Shown here in pieces: positions 1 to 8,155 of a DNA stretch of 41,534 bases (the stretch's first letter is position 1; the number at the start of each line of letters is the position of its first letter). The notes beneath the pieces were generated by a model. The model saw nothing but the letters and a program-made list of their open reading frames with translations. It was not told the origin of the DNA and did not search any database. Source of the DNA: a virus (taxonomy: Duplodnaviria; Caudoviricetes). Both the position numbers and the translations under genes were made by a program. The stretch lies in IMG/VR virus record IMGVR_UViG_3300027653_000027, positions 1 to 41,534 of that record, one strand, 5' to 3'.

Positions 1-15
1 GGGATATATCAAGTA

Positions 16-534
16 ATGTCTAGACTATACCTACTGCAATCATGGACTAATGCGGCAGAGGATGATTACCACCTATCAGCCGGTTATAGTGGTGAGCAGA
101 TAGGGCGAAGAGATAGTCCTAGCAGGCGGGTTCACACTACCCAAAGGGGCCGTCAATGGTTTGCGAATTTAGAGGCATACAGAGAGGACAAAGAGGAAGG
201 ACAAGACAGCGCTAAAACTCTGGAATATAGAATATACCCACAGCAAAAAACACTAGATAATATCGAAGAGCTTATAGCTAAAACAGAGAGGCAATTTAAG
301 GATGGAGCAATTGACAATGAACAATATTATTCTTTCATGGATAGCCTAGAACAAAAAAGAGAAAAGGCATGGCAGAATCTGAGCAAGGCTAAAGGGTGGA
401 ATGATGCGCAGGAGGAGGGGCACACCTACCACCAACCACGCATTATTGCGTGGGAAGATGCGCTATACACTACCTTAGCGCTAGTGTTTTATGGATTAGG
501 GTTAATCTATATTATCTATATTATGACGCTATGA
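16..534 (+). CDS. hypothetical protein with C-terminal transmembrane helix
   Basis: 172-aa ORF; hydrophobic C-terminus (LYTTLALVFYGLGLIYIIYIMTL); no family recognised. Confidence 0.6.
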   Translation: MSRLYLLQSWTNAAEDDYHLSAGYSGEQIGRRDSPSRRVHTTQRGRQWFANLEAYREDKEEGQDSAKTLEYRIYPQQKTLDNIEELIAKTERQFKDGAIDNEQYYSFMDSLEQKREKAWQNLSKAKGWNDAQEEGHTYHQPRIIAWEDALYTTLALVFYGLGLIYIIYIMTL

Positions 535-609
535 GTAGTGGCAATTTTACATATTCCACTCAGTTATAGTAAATCGTTTTATGATTCCTATAAATCATAC
601 ATTCTTTTG

Positions 610-638
610 TTGCTTTTTCTTTAGTAATGGCCTATATT
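610..638 (+). promoter_or_regulatory. putative sigma70 promoter
   Basis: TTGCTT-17 nt-TATATT upstream of the ORF at 672. Confidence 0.45.
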
Positions 639-671
639 GTGAGCATCAAACAACGAAGCGGAGACAAGACC

Positions 672-938
672 ATGCAAGCAATCCAAACCAAATACCTTGG
701 ACCTACTAACACACGCGGCAGCCGGATTAAGGCAACATGCTGGCTAACCAGTGCCACAATGCCATGGGACTATAGCTCCAACGTCGAAGAGAATCATGTG
801 GCGGCAATCGAGGCACTTGTATGTAAACTTAATAATGATCGGATCCTTAAGGGTAACAGCAAGCTGTGGCAAGTGGTGGCCACTGGCGAAAGCGTGGACG
901 GCAAAGGCAAAACAGCAATCATTGATCTGGTAGGGTAA
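672..938 (+). CDS. conserved phage hypothetical protein (MQAIQTKYLGPTNTRGSRIKA type)
   Basis: GGAG RBS before ATG 672, preferred over the track start at 627; N-terminus recalled from other phage small proteins. Confidence 0.7.
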   Translation: MQAIQTKYLGPTNTRGSRIKATCWLTSATMPWDYSSNVEENHVAAIEALVCKLNNDRILKGNSKLWQVVATGESVDGKGKTAIIDLVG

Positions 939-940
939 AC

Positions 941-1072
941 ATGAAGCAAACTAGAAAACAATCGGACAGTAAACGTTTAACAGATAAAAGACAACGCAGA
1001 GAACATAAACAGGAAAGAGACAGACGAAGAAGACGCAGAGACTATCAATTGCTTGTGGCAATGATGGACTAG
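941..1072 (+). CDS. small arginine-rich basic peptide (43 aa)
   Basis: Hand translation MKQTRKQSDSKRLTDKRQRREHKQERDRRRRRRDYQLLVAMMD; starts 2 nt after the previous stop and is followed by a terminator. Confidence 0.55.
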   Translation: MKQTRKQSDSKRLTDKRQRREHKQERDRRRRRRDYQLLVAMMD

Positions 1073-1088
1073 AAAAGTTAGTTAATTC

Positions 1089-1115
1089 AAGCCGCCTATA
1101 TGGCGGCTTTCTTTT
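1089..1115 (+). terminator. intrinsic terminator
   Basis: AAGCCGCC-tatat-GGCGGCTT followed by TCTTTT. Confidence 0.7.
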
Positions 1116-1192
1116 ACCTGCATCATAGTCAAAATTAACTAAAACCATCATACCAATAACATAACACAATGTGTCTGTAAAGCCGTCTGTAA

Positions 1193-1264
1193 CGTCCTAC
1201 AATCAACGCTAACCCTACCCTATACTAACATATGTCCTCAATCAATATCGTTGATTGTAGGACG
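1193..1264. repeat. perfect 16-bp inverted repeat with 40-nt spacer
   Basis: CGTCCTACAATCAACG (1193-1208) / CGTTGATTGTAGGACG (1249-1264). Confidence 0.9.
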
Positions 1265-1424
1265 CTATATTAGGCGTTATATACGGGTGGTGTAACGATA
1301 ATGACCACTGCATATAATCTGTACGCCGTTTAATGTGACAATGTGAGCGAATGGTGTGTAAGTCATTGATGTTATTATTAAAACGGAGGGTTGATGCTTA
1401 AAACAGTTGGGTCAAAATTGGTGC

Positions 1425-1590
1425 TGTTTTGTGGTGGATGCTGGATGTGGTGGTTGTTTTGTGTGGTGGGCACTATATGTGGGGGTTGTTTTGTGTGTCT
1501 GATTGTGTGTTTTGTGTGTTTTGTCTGTCTGATTGATTGATTGTGTGTCTGATTGTGTGTCTGATTGCTTGAATGTGTGTTTTGTGTTAA
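1425..1590. repeat. GT-rich low-complexity degenerate tandem repeat
   Basis: Repeated TGTGTGTCTGAT and TGTGTGTTT units with strong strand asymmetry. Confidence 0.85.
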
Positions 1591-1601
1591 GCCCACATCC
1601 T

Positions 1602-1683
1602 CCCTTTAGTCTCTCCCTTTAGTCTCTCCCTTTAGTCTCTCCCTTTAGTCTCTCCCTTTAGTCTCTCCCTTTAGTCTCTCCCT
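1602..1683. repeat. perfect 13-bp tandem repeat x6
   Basis: (CCCTTTAGTCTCT)6 at 1602-1679 plus partial CCCT. Confidence 0.95.
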
Positions 1684-1848
1684 ACCTGTCACCATTTTTC
1701 ATAACCTGTAGGCATACATAGTGGGCAATGGTATGATTCGATGTCATGGAAAAAGGCTGTTTCAGGTATTGACAAGAGGTTGACATTTTGATATTTTGGG
1801 ATTGTGGGGGTGGAAAAGTTGGGGTGGTTGTTGCATGCTACGCACCCA

Positions 1849-2215
1849 TGACAGTCTGTTGACTGTATACTGACAGTCTGCTGATTCATGTCCTTATCAA
1901 TCCCTCAGACAAATTACTACTTACTTCACGCCCATGACAGTCTGCTGATTCATGCCTTTACCAATATCTCATATAAATTAATACTTATTTTACATCCCCA
2001 CCACCTATACATCCATGTATACATCCACGTATACCTGCCCACAATGATATTTAAGTATTGACTCTTACCCAATCCCTTCAAGATCGCTTATTCACAAATA
2101 ATTTTAAAAGGTGGCACATGCCCATCTCCAGCACCCCTGACAGCCTGCTGAAGTATCTACTGACAGCCTGTTGATTCATACATCCATTAATCTCTTAGGT
2201 AAATTACCACCCATA
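1849..2215. repeat. five copies of TGACAGYCTGYTGA, partly within degenerate ~64-bp repeats
   Basis: Copies start at 1849, 1871, 1935, 2138, 2161; 1871-1934 aligns with 1935-2000. Confidence 0.85.
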
Positions 2216-2331
2216 CCACAACACACTCTATAAAGGCACACTTGATAAAGGCACCCTCGATATTTCCCCCATATTGCACAACCCATTCAGCCTCACTTCC
2301 TCCCTCCCCTAAAATATTTTTAAGATAGTTG

Positions 2332-2360
2332 TTGACACGTTATAAAACATGTAGTAGTAT
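2332..2360 (+). promoter_or_regulatory. sigma70 early promoter
   Basis: TTGACA-17 nt-TAGTAT with upstream AT tract, heading the early ORF cluster. Confidence 0.7.
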
Positions 2361-2390
2361 TCTCTTTACATTCACTATTGAGGAGTAAAC

Positions 2391-2531
2391 ATGTGTCCGC
2401 TATCATTTGATCACTACAGTAACGCTGATGCCTATAGCAACCTTACAGAGAGTATTAAGGACAATGACACCAAACGTATCCATAGATATTTGGATACCCT
2501 TAGAATTCTTTATTCCCAACAGGAGAATTAA
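2391..2531 (+). CDS. small hypothetical protein (46 aa)
   Basis: GAGGAG RBS; MCPLSFDHYSNADAYSNLTESIKDNDTKRIHRYLDTLRILYSQQEN; below the ORF-track cutoff. Confidence 0.6.
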   Translation: MCPLSFDHYSNADAYSNLTESIKDNDTKRIHRYLDTLRILYSQQEN

Positions 2532-2533
2532 AT

Positions 2534-3010
2534 ATGAAAGTAAATATTGGCCCTTATGAAGATGAAGATCGTATTATAGAGATTGAAATTGATAGTTACG
2601 ACACATGGAACTTAGACCATACATTCTCTCTTATAGCCATTCCTTTGTTGGAGAAGTATAAGGAAGATGTTCTCAAGGATAGGTTCATTCCCTCTGGCAA
2701 TGGAGATGTACATTATCTTCCAGATGATGACGATGAAGCTGAGGAAAAGAATAATGAATGGATAGAGATTATTGATAAAATGATCTATGCTTTTAAGGGG
2801 GTTGTGGACAATCCAGATTTCATTGTAGATTATGATTCTATTTCTCATGAAGAGGCTAGAGAGAAGGGATACGATCTGATAGATGGAGAAGACTTAGGAC
2901 TCGATATTTCCCCTTTCTATGTTGACAGAGAAGCTCAACGAATACATGACAGTCGTGTGAGAGAAGGATTGGAATTGTTTGGTAAATACTTTCGACATCT
3001 TTGGACATAA
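2534..3010 (+). CDS. conserved phage hypothetical protein
   Basis: AGGAG RBS; DTWNLDHT and GLELFGKYFRHLW motifs typical of a phage hypothetical family. Confidence 0.8.
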   Translation: MKVNIGPYEDEDRIIEIEIDSYDTWNLDHTFSLIAIPLLEKYKEDVLKDRFIPSGNGDVHYLPDDDDEAEEKNNEWIEIIDKMIYAFKGVVDNPDFIVDYDSISHEEAREKGYDLIDGEDLGLDISPFYVDREAQRIHDSRVREGLELFGKYFRHLWT

Positions 3011-3046
3011 AGACAACATCTTTAGACTTGATAGGAGGAAATTAAA

Positions 3047-3430
3047 ATGAAGAAAGAAGGTAATGATTTACAAAACACTACCCCTTTCCCTGTAGGAGAT
3101 ATTATCTTTGCAGATATTAAGGGGGATGATGTTTGGGAAGAAGTGAAAGTGCTGGGGTATGGAAAACATGGCGAAGACCTTTGCATTATGTTTTGTCAGA
3201 TGGAGGATGGAGAAGAATCTGAGCTACATGCACAGATATACACACATTATGAACCTTACTTCTCTGCTGTCCCTAAAGAAAGGGATGTTGCAGAATGTAT
3301 CTCCACACATTTAGTCCAACAATGGGTAGACTCCCCTCTTAGCCTGCAAGAATATATTAAATCCCTTTATGAAAAAGGCTACTTGAATTCATATGCCATT
3401 TTAAATGACTTCACCAAGGAGGAATATTAA
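3047..3430 (+). CDS. hypothetical protein, shares a domain with 6762-7388
   Basis: AGGAGG RBS; GYGKHGEDLCIMFC motif. Confidence 0.8.
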   Translation: MKKEGNDLQNTTPFPVGDIIFADIKGDDVWEEVKVLGYGKHGEDLCIMFCQMEDGEESELHAQIYTHYEPYFSAVPKERDVAECISTHLVQQWVDSPLSLQEYIKSLYEKGYLNSYAILNDFTKEEY

Positions 3431-3433
3431 TTA

Positions 3434-3640
3434 ATGTATTTTGTTCTATACAATATTAAACATAGGTATTATTACCATGAGACAGACTACTCTGCTCTTT
3501 GTGTTCAGGATGCTACACAATACTCTCTAAGTCTTATTGCTGAAGATGTAGCTGAAACATTGAATGAGGCTAATGGTAAAGGTAAAGTAGAATGGATTGT
3601 TGTTCCAATCAGTGATAGCTATTTTGATAGCATGGTATAA
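3434..3640 (+). CDS. hypothetical protein
   Basis: AGGAGG RBS, tightly packed 68-aa ORF. Confidence 0.7.
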   Translation: MYFVLYNIKHRYYYHETDYSALCVQDATQYSLSLIAEDVAETLNEANGKGKVEWIVVPISDSYFDSMV

Positions 3641-3691
3641 TGCCAACACAGTTGGCATTAAGATTAGAAATTCTATTTAAGGAGATATATT

Positions 3692-3994
3692 ATGCGTAAA
3701 GAATACAGAGATACAGTGGATGAGATCATGGACTACTTCGATTTCAATGGTCTTCTATCAGTTATGAAATCTATATCTTTTGGGTGGGTTAAAGAGGACA
3801 CCATGGAAGGAGAGTTACGTCAGCTTGGACGTAGGCTACTAATGACTGTAGCTGAACACTTATGTAAACATGGAGAGGAAGGATCGGAATATTACGCCTC
3901 TTCTGGTGGATTAGAGGCTAAGGGTGTGATTGAAAGAGGGAAGTTGTATTTAGAGCTTAAAGATGGTCTGTTCTCTTGGGACAATTACAATTGA
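3692..3994 (+). CDS. hypothetical protein
   Basis: AAGGAG RBS, 100 aa. Confidence 0.75.
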   Translation: MRKEYRDTVDEIMDYFDFNGLLSVMKSISFGWVKEDTMEGELRQLGRRLLMTVAEHLCKHGEEGSEYYASSGGLEAKGVIERGKLYLELKDGLFSWDNYN

Positions 3995-4012
3995 TATCTT
4001 AAGGAGGAGAAA

Positions 4013-4171
4013 ATGAAAGTAACAATTAGTTCAGAAGGTGTTCTTATTATTAGTGCTGAGTCTTCAATGGAAAACTATGCCATTAGTCAGTGGTATGATT
4101 CTCAATGCAATGAACTTACTAATCCATCTTCATTGATGATTGATATTGATCTTTATGACGAAGAGGAATGA
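4013..4171 (+). CDS. small acidic hypothetical protein (52 aa)
   Basis: AGGAGG RBS; MKVTISSEGVLIISAESS...DLYDEEE; not in the ORF track. Confidence 0.65.
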   Translation: MKVTISSEGVLIISAESSMENYAISQWYDSQCNELTNPSSLMIDIDLYDEEE

Positions 4172-4175
4172 TGGA

Positions 4176-4601
4176 ATGTTTGATAAGATTAAAGGAGTGA
4201 TTAAGAGCTTCATTAAGGATGCTGACAAAGAATCCACCAAGGATAGCCACAAAGATGAACAAGGTTTCTCTCCTTCTATTGGGGACTCTATATGGGGAAA
4301 CTCTTTGGCACATATCCATGAGATGGGGGCAGTGGTAACCTTTGAAGAGGAGGTGGAAGAAGAAGGTCTTTATCTGTACAGGTTTATTGATAAAGAAGGG
4401 ATGGAGGAATGTTACGGAAAGATGTGTGATGGGGTGGGTGTTAGTGTAATTGACACAGGGGATTTTTACAGCTATGGTGTATTCTTCTATACAGACACTC
4501 CTAAGTTAGCTGTTCCTATCTGTTTTATCCAAGATAAAGACAAGGGTGTCGAAAGGGATATTTTACAGAAATTGGGGATTAATGTGGTGAGTGTTCATTG
4601 A
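4176..4601 (+). CDS. hypothetical protein
   Basis: Start moved to ATG 4176 (MFDKIK) behind GAGG; in frame with track ORF 4140-4601. Confidence 0.7.
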   Translation: MFDKIKGVIKSFIKDADKESTKDSHKDEQGFSPSIGDSIWGNSLAHIHEMGAVVTFEEEVEEEGLYLYRFIDKEGMEECYGKMCDGVGVSVIDTGDFYSYGVFFYTDTPKLAVPICFIQDKDKGVERDILQKLGINVVSVH

Positions 4602-4612
4602 GGGAATATTGA

Positions 4613-4726
4613 ATGATTATTAAGCCAATGTTACCAGCTTCTGTGGAAGATTTATCTGCTGTCCCTGTGCTGATAAGGGCGGATGAAGTAGATTCCAGTG
4701 TAGAGTGGGTGGTGGAGGGTGTATGA
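4613..4726 (+). CDS. 37-aa ORF, possible N-terminal remnant of an ATP-dependent DNA ligase
   Basis: MIIKPMLPASVEDLSAVPVL...; ATGA overlap with the next gene; KPML start resembles phage ligases but there is no KxDG. Confidence 0.35.
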   Translation: MIIKPMLPASVEDLSAVPVLIRADEVDSSVEWVVEGV

Positions 4727-5358
4727 AAACTATATGTGTAGAACGAAGTGAAATAAAAGCATTTGTAGAAGAACACCATTACTCTGGGAACATAAATGGT
4801 GTTAAGTCCACTTATTGTTTTGGCTTGTATAAAGATGGGATATTAAAAGGGGCGTCAATATTTGGTATGCTCTCCACAACTGCATGGAAGAAATATGGGG
4901 AGACAGAAAAAGATGTAATAGAACTTCGAAGGCTTGTGACACTGCCCAACCTCCCTGCCAACACTCTGAGTAAGTTTGTTGCAGAGTGTATTCGATATAT
5001 TAAACAACACAGTGAATTTAAAGTGGTGGTAAGTTACGCCGACCCTTACTATGGACATCATGGTGGGATATACCAAGCGTGTAATTTTCTGTATTTAGGA
5101 GAGACTCCCAAAGACACTATTCTTAGGGATAAGCATACAGGTAAAAGCTACCATTCAAGGGCAATGAGAACAAAGTACAAAGGGGAGTTAAAACCTTTTG
5201 CACGAAGGTTAAAAGAGCAGTATGATAAAGGCGAATTAGAGATTGTCACAGTACCGGGTAAACATATTTATGTATATCCTTTGAAAAAGACTCACCGTAA
5301 AAGATTTATAAATATTAGCCTAACATACCCGCGCCCATCACAGGAGGAAGAGAGATGA
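4723..5358 (+). CDS. Mom-family (GNAT-fold) DNA base modification protein
   Basis: Motifs HHYSG, FGL..G.L.G..IFG, ELRRL, NTLSKFVA, VVSYADPYYGHHGGIYQACNFLYLG; GGAGG RBS before ATG 4723. Confidence 0.8.
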   Translation: MKTICVERSEIKAFVEEHHYSGNINGVKSTYCFGLYKDGILKGASIFGMLSTTAWKKYGETEKDVIELRRLVTLPNLPANTLSKFVAECIRYIKQHSEFKVVVSYADPYYGHHGGIYQACNFLYLGETPKDTILRDKHTGKSYHSRAMRTKYKGELKPFARRLKEQYDKGELEIVTVPGKHIYVYPLKKTHRKRFINISLTYPRPSQEEER

Positions 5359-5555
5359 GAAAGAAGTTTAAAATAATGTACCCCAGACGGTATGATCCAG
5401 ACCCAACATTATCAGGCAAGCAGTATAAGGGTAAAGGCATGGTTGTTATGAACAGCGAAGGAGTATTTTTTGAAGTCACTTTTGATGGGTTCTACACACA
5501 TATTCAGAAGCTGTCAGAGGTATTGCCTAAATACGATGTTTGTTGGAAAAACTGA
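5355..5555 (+). CDS. hypothetical protein
   Basis: ATGA-coupled to the upstream gene; GGAGG RBS. Confidence 0.7.
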   Translation: MRKKFKIMYPRRYDPDPTLSGKQYKGKGMVVMNSEGVFFEVTFDGFYTHIQKLSEVLPKYDVCWKN

Positions 5556-5564
5556 GAGGGGTGT

Positions 5565-5879
5565 ATGAAAACAATTATTGTCACTGAAGAGATCAGAAAA
5601 GGGTTGGAGAAAATTAAATATGGTTGTATAGGATGGAGGAATAGTGAGTGGGCAAGGGATTTCTGTGAGAATGTTTCTAAACAAGAGACAATGACATACA
5701 AACAGCTTAAAGCCTACAGAGAGTTGTTGCATAAAGCGGACAATCAGTATAAGCTCCCTTCAAGAAACTACAGTAATAGCAGAAGCTACAGTAGTCGAGA
5801 CAGAGAGCTGTCCACCAACGATGGTTGGGGATACCAAGGAGATTTGTCTAATTACGGAAGTGGATATTACGATTGTTGA
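5565..5879 (+). CDS. hypothetical protein
   Basis: GAGG RBS, 104 aa. Confidence 0.7.
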   Translation: MKTIIVTEEIRKGLEKIKYGCIGWRNSEWARDFCENVSKQETMTYKQLKAYRELLHKADNQYKLPSRNYSNSRSYSSRDRELSTNDGWGYQGDLSNYGSGYYDC

Positions 5880-5891
5880 GGAGGAAAAGAA

Positions 5892-6122
5892 ATGAATGTA
5901 ACACTTACTTGGGACGAATATGCAGCCCTCTTAAAAGGACAATACACCTTATTCCCTTGTGTAGAGTGTGAGAATGGTGTAGTGTACTGGAACGGTGAAA
6001 CAGGGGATGTGGTAAGTGGGGCTAGATACAGACAGCTTTGTGAAGAAGAAAACTTCCACGATCAATGTCAAGAGGAGTGCGGACATTGTATGGGAATAGG
6101 GAAGGTGGTGAGGTTTGACTAA
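5892..6122 (+). CDS. small zinc-finger-like protein
   Basis: CxxCxxG and CxxCxGxG motifs; GGAGG RBS. Confidence 0.7.
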   Translation: MNVTLTWDEYAALLKGQYTLFPCVECENGVVYWNGETGDVVSGARYRQLCEEENFHDQCQEECGHCMGIGKVVRFD

Positions 6123-6141
6123 TAAATGTGGAGGAAGAGGA

Positions 6142-6666
6142 ATGAGTGTACCGAATGATGTGTGGGTGAAAGCACCAAAAGAAGCAACCCATTGCTCACC
6201 AGAAACTTCATACACCAATCTCGTATATTGGTTAATTGAGGGTGGAGTAGTAAAAAAGGTTTGGGTTGAACTCATGGAAGACACTGATGGAGAGGGGTGG
6301 TACGAGGATCAGGGGTATAGTTGTATAGATTATACGCCCGATGAACAACCCTACTACTACAAAGATGAACTTGTCACTCGTCCCACTCAGAAGTGGATTC
6401 CCAGAGTTGGAGATACAGTTTTGTATAACTCCGCTTGGGGCACTCCTACGGAGGTACATGTAGTAGCAGTGCAGGGAAGTTCAGTGTGGATTAGCAGTGA
6501 ACGTTGGGATATAGTGACAGATATAGACAATCTACAGCCCAAACCGACAGTGGAGACACTTGAGAGTCGTTTGAATGATGTGGTCAACCCAGAAGGTTGG
6601 GCTTCCCAGCCTGTATCCACTGCCGTCCGTCGTCTTATGGAGGCTGGGGTTGTATTCAAAGATTGA
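6142..6666 (+). CDS. hypothetical protein
   Basis: Start moved to ATG 6142 (MSVPNDVW); KAPKEATH N-terminal motif and a PRVGDTV beta-rich segment. Confidence 0.75.
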   Translation: MSVPNDVWVKAPKEATHCSPETSYTNLVYWLIEGGVVKKVWVELMEDTDGEGWYEDQGYSCIDYTPDEQPYYYKDELVTRPTQKWIPRVGDTVLYNSAWGTPTEVHVVAVQGSSVWISSERWDIVTDIDNLQPKPTVETLESRLNDVVNPEGWASQPVSTAVRRLMEAGVVFKD

Positions 6667-6761
6667 TGCTGATACTTGACAGAAAGTATTAAGATAAAAG
6701 ATAGTAGACGTATCGTTAAATACTGTGATACACTTAAAATTCTAAATGACTGATTAGGGAA

Positions 6762-7388
6762 ATGGATATGGGAAAGAAGCTTATTGATATTTTGGTAGAA
6801 AATTTAGAAGAGTGGCCTTTTGAGGGAGGCAGAATTACACAGGATGCAGATGGGAATTGTTTTTGGTCAGGAGGAGCTGTGAAACACGTTGCATATGGAG
6901 ACGGGGTTTGGGTTTCAAAAGAATACTGCGAATCTGACAGCGGATGGAGTCGTCTAGTTAATCTTCCCCTTGCCTCTGATTGGGATGAAGCTATCATCAC
7001 AGAGGAGCTGTGGAGGAAGGCTAAAAATCCCTCCCCATCTTCCCTGCCTTATGAAGTGGGAGAGGTAATTGAAGTTAAGATTGACTGTGACGAGTGGGTG
7101 GATGTAAGAGTGGTTGGGTGGGGCAAACATGGAGAGGATGATTGTATTACATTCTGTGAGCTTCGTCGAGGAGAAGACAGACAGCTTCATGCATTTATCT
7201 ATACAGGGCATGAACATTGCTTTAGGGAGAAAAACCCTTCTAAAACTAAGTTGATTGAGAAGGTGGTGAAAGTGTTGAGCAATTGTGGTATTCCTCTTCT
7301 TGGGAAGGGAGAGTTGACAATGGTGGCCCATTCGTTGTATGATAATGGACTGCTAAAGAAAGAGGAAGGATATGAAGGTTTAGATTAA
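6762..7388 (+). CDS. hypothetical two-domain protein
   Basis: 208 aa; N-terminal WP..ITQDADG..LASDW module, C-terminal domain shared with 3047-3430. Confidence 0.8.
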   Translation: MDMGKKLIDILVENLEEWPFEGGRITQDADGNCFWSGGAVKHVAYGDGVWVSKEYCESDSGWSRLVNLPLASDWDEAIITEELWRKAKNPSPSSLPYEVGEVIEVKIDCDEWVDVRVVGWGKHGEDDCITFCELRRGEDRQLHAFIYTGHEHCFREKNPSKTKLIEKVVKVLSNCGIPLLGKGELTMVAHSLYDNGLLKKEEGYEGLD

Positions 7389-7400
7389 CAGAGAAAGGGT

Positions 7401-7432
7401 GGGAGAGGCTACACAGCTTCTCCCTTTTCTTT
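7401..7432 (+). terminator. intrinsic terminator between convergent gene blocks
   Basis: GGGAGAGGCT-acac-AGCTTCTCCC then TTTTCTTT. Confidence 0.8.
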
Positions 7433-7889
7433 ATGCCTTCACATATCTCTGGTAATTATCAATGAACTCTTCTTCTGTCCCTTTACCCAAATGCGAATTG
7501 TATGAGCGTTTCCAGTACCTTGCCCATCCCTCAAGATCGTTAGGAATCTTCTCAGGCACTCTAAGATAATGAATCCTACACATAGCTACAGAATACTTCA
7601 GGTTCCAGATAAGCTCATCTTCCGTCCTGTCCACTGTAAAGTCTAACAGCTTCTTTACAATGTTCTGCCTATAACGCAGGTAATTATCCCAGATATCCTT
7701 ATGTGTGGCAGGCTCCATCTGACAGATACCTAAAGCTGGACCACTACCAAGCTGAACAAGGTATTTACCCATAGCACTCTCTTGGGCTATGGTTCCTATG
7801 ATTAGCTCTTCAGCTTCCTTGCTCCAAAACCCTAAGTGTTGTATCGTTGGTCTTACGATATGAAGTCTTAATTGATTGCTGTCTATCAT
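7431..7889 (-). CDS. putative endolysin (lysozyme-like/lytic transglycosylase fold)
   Basis: Catalytic-type AQES followed by GPALGICQMEPAT and ARYWKRSYN. Confidence 0.7.
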   Translation of the reverse strand: MIDSNQLRLHIVRPTIQHLGFWSKEAEELIIGTIAQESAMGKYLVQLGSGPALGICQMEPATHKDIWDNYLRYRQNIVKKLLDFTVDRTEDELIWNLKYSVAMCRIHYLRVPEKIPNDLEGWARYWKRSYNSHLGKGTEEEFIDNYQRYVKA

Positions 7890-7894
7890 AATGT

Positions 7895-7919
7895 AAAAAA
7901 GGAGGCTTTATGCCTCCTT
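7895..7919 (-). terminator. intrinsic terminator directly upstream of the endolysin gene
   Basis: Minus strand GGAGGC-ataaa-GCCTCC followed by T6. Confidence 0.7.
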
Positions 7920-7960
7920 CTCCTCCTGCCCTACAAAAATAGAAAAGATATTTATCATCA

Positions 7961-8155
7961 TTACTCTTCCTCGTCTTCTTCGTCGTCAGGGGGTAGCTCT
8001 ACGAAGATGTCCCCTACAATATTATTAAAGTCCTCTGTGGAGCCAGAAAGGAATAGAAATTCTTGAAATTCTTCAAATGTGTCGAACTCGTATTCCCTTT
8101 TCACTTCTTTGATGATGTCTCCACAGAGCATCCTTTCGGTTACTGTGTGTTTCAT
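7961..8155 (-). CDS. small acidic hypothetical protein
   Basis: 64 aa, overlaps the nrdB stop (ATGA). Confidence 0.65.
   Translation of the reverse strand: MKHTVTERMLCGDIIKEVKREYEFDTFEEFQEFLFLSGSTEDFNNIVGDIFVELPPDDEEDEEE

Noticed and set aside
1378-1596. Minus-strand Q/T/H/N-rich ORF
   Set aside because: By-product of the GT-rich repeat
1602-2215. CRISPR or mini-array interpretation of the repeats
   Set aside because: The 13-bp units are head-to-tail without spacers; the 14-bp motif is too short, irregularly spaced and followed by related rather than unique sequence; no cas genes are present
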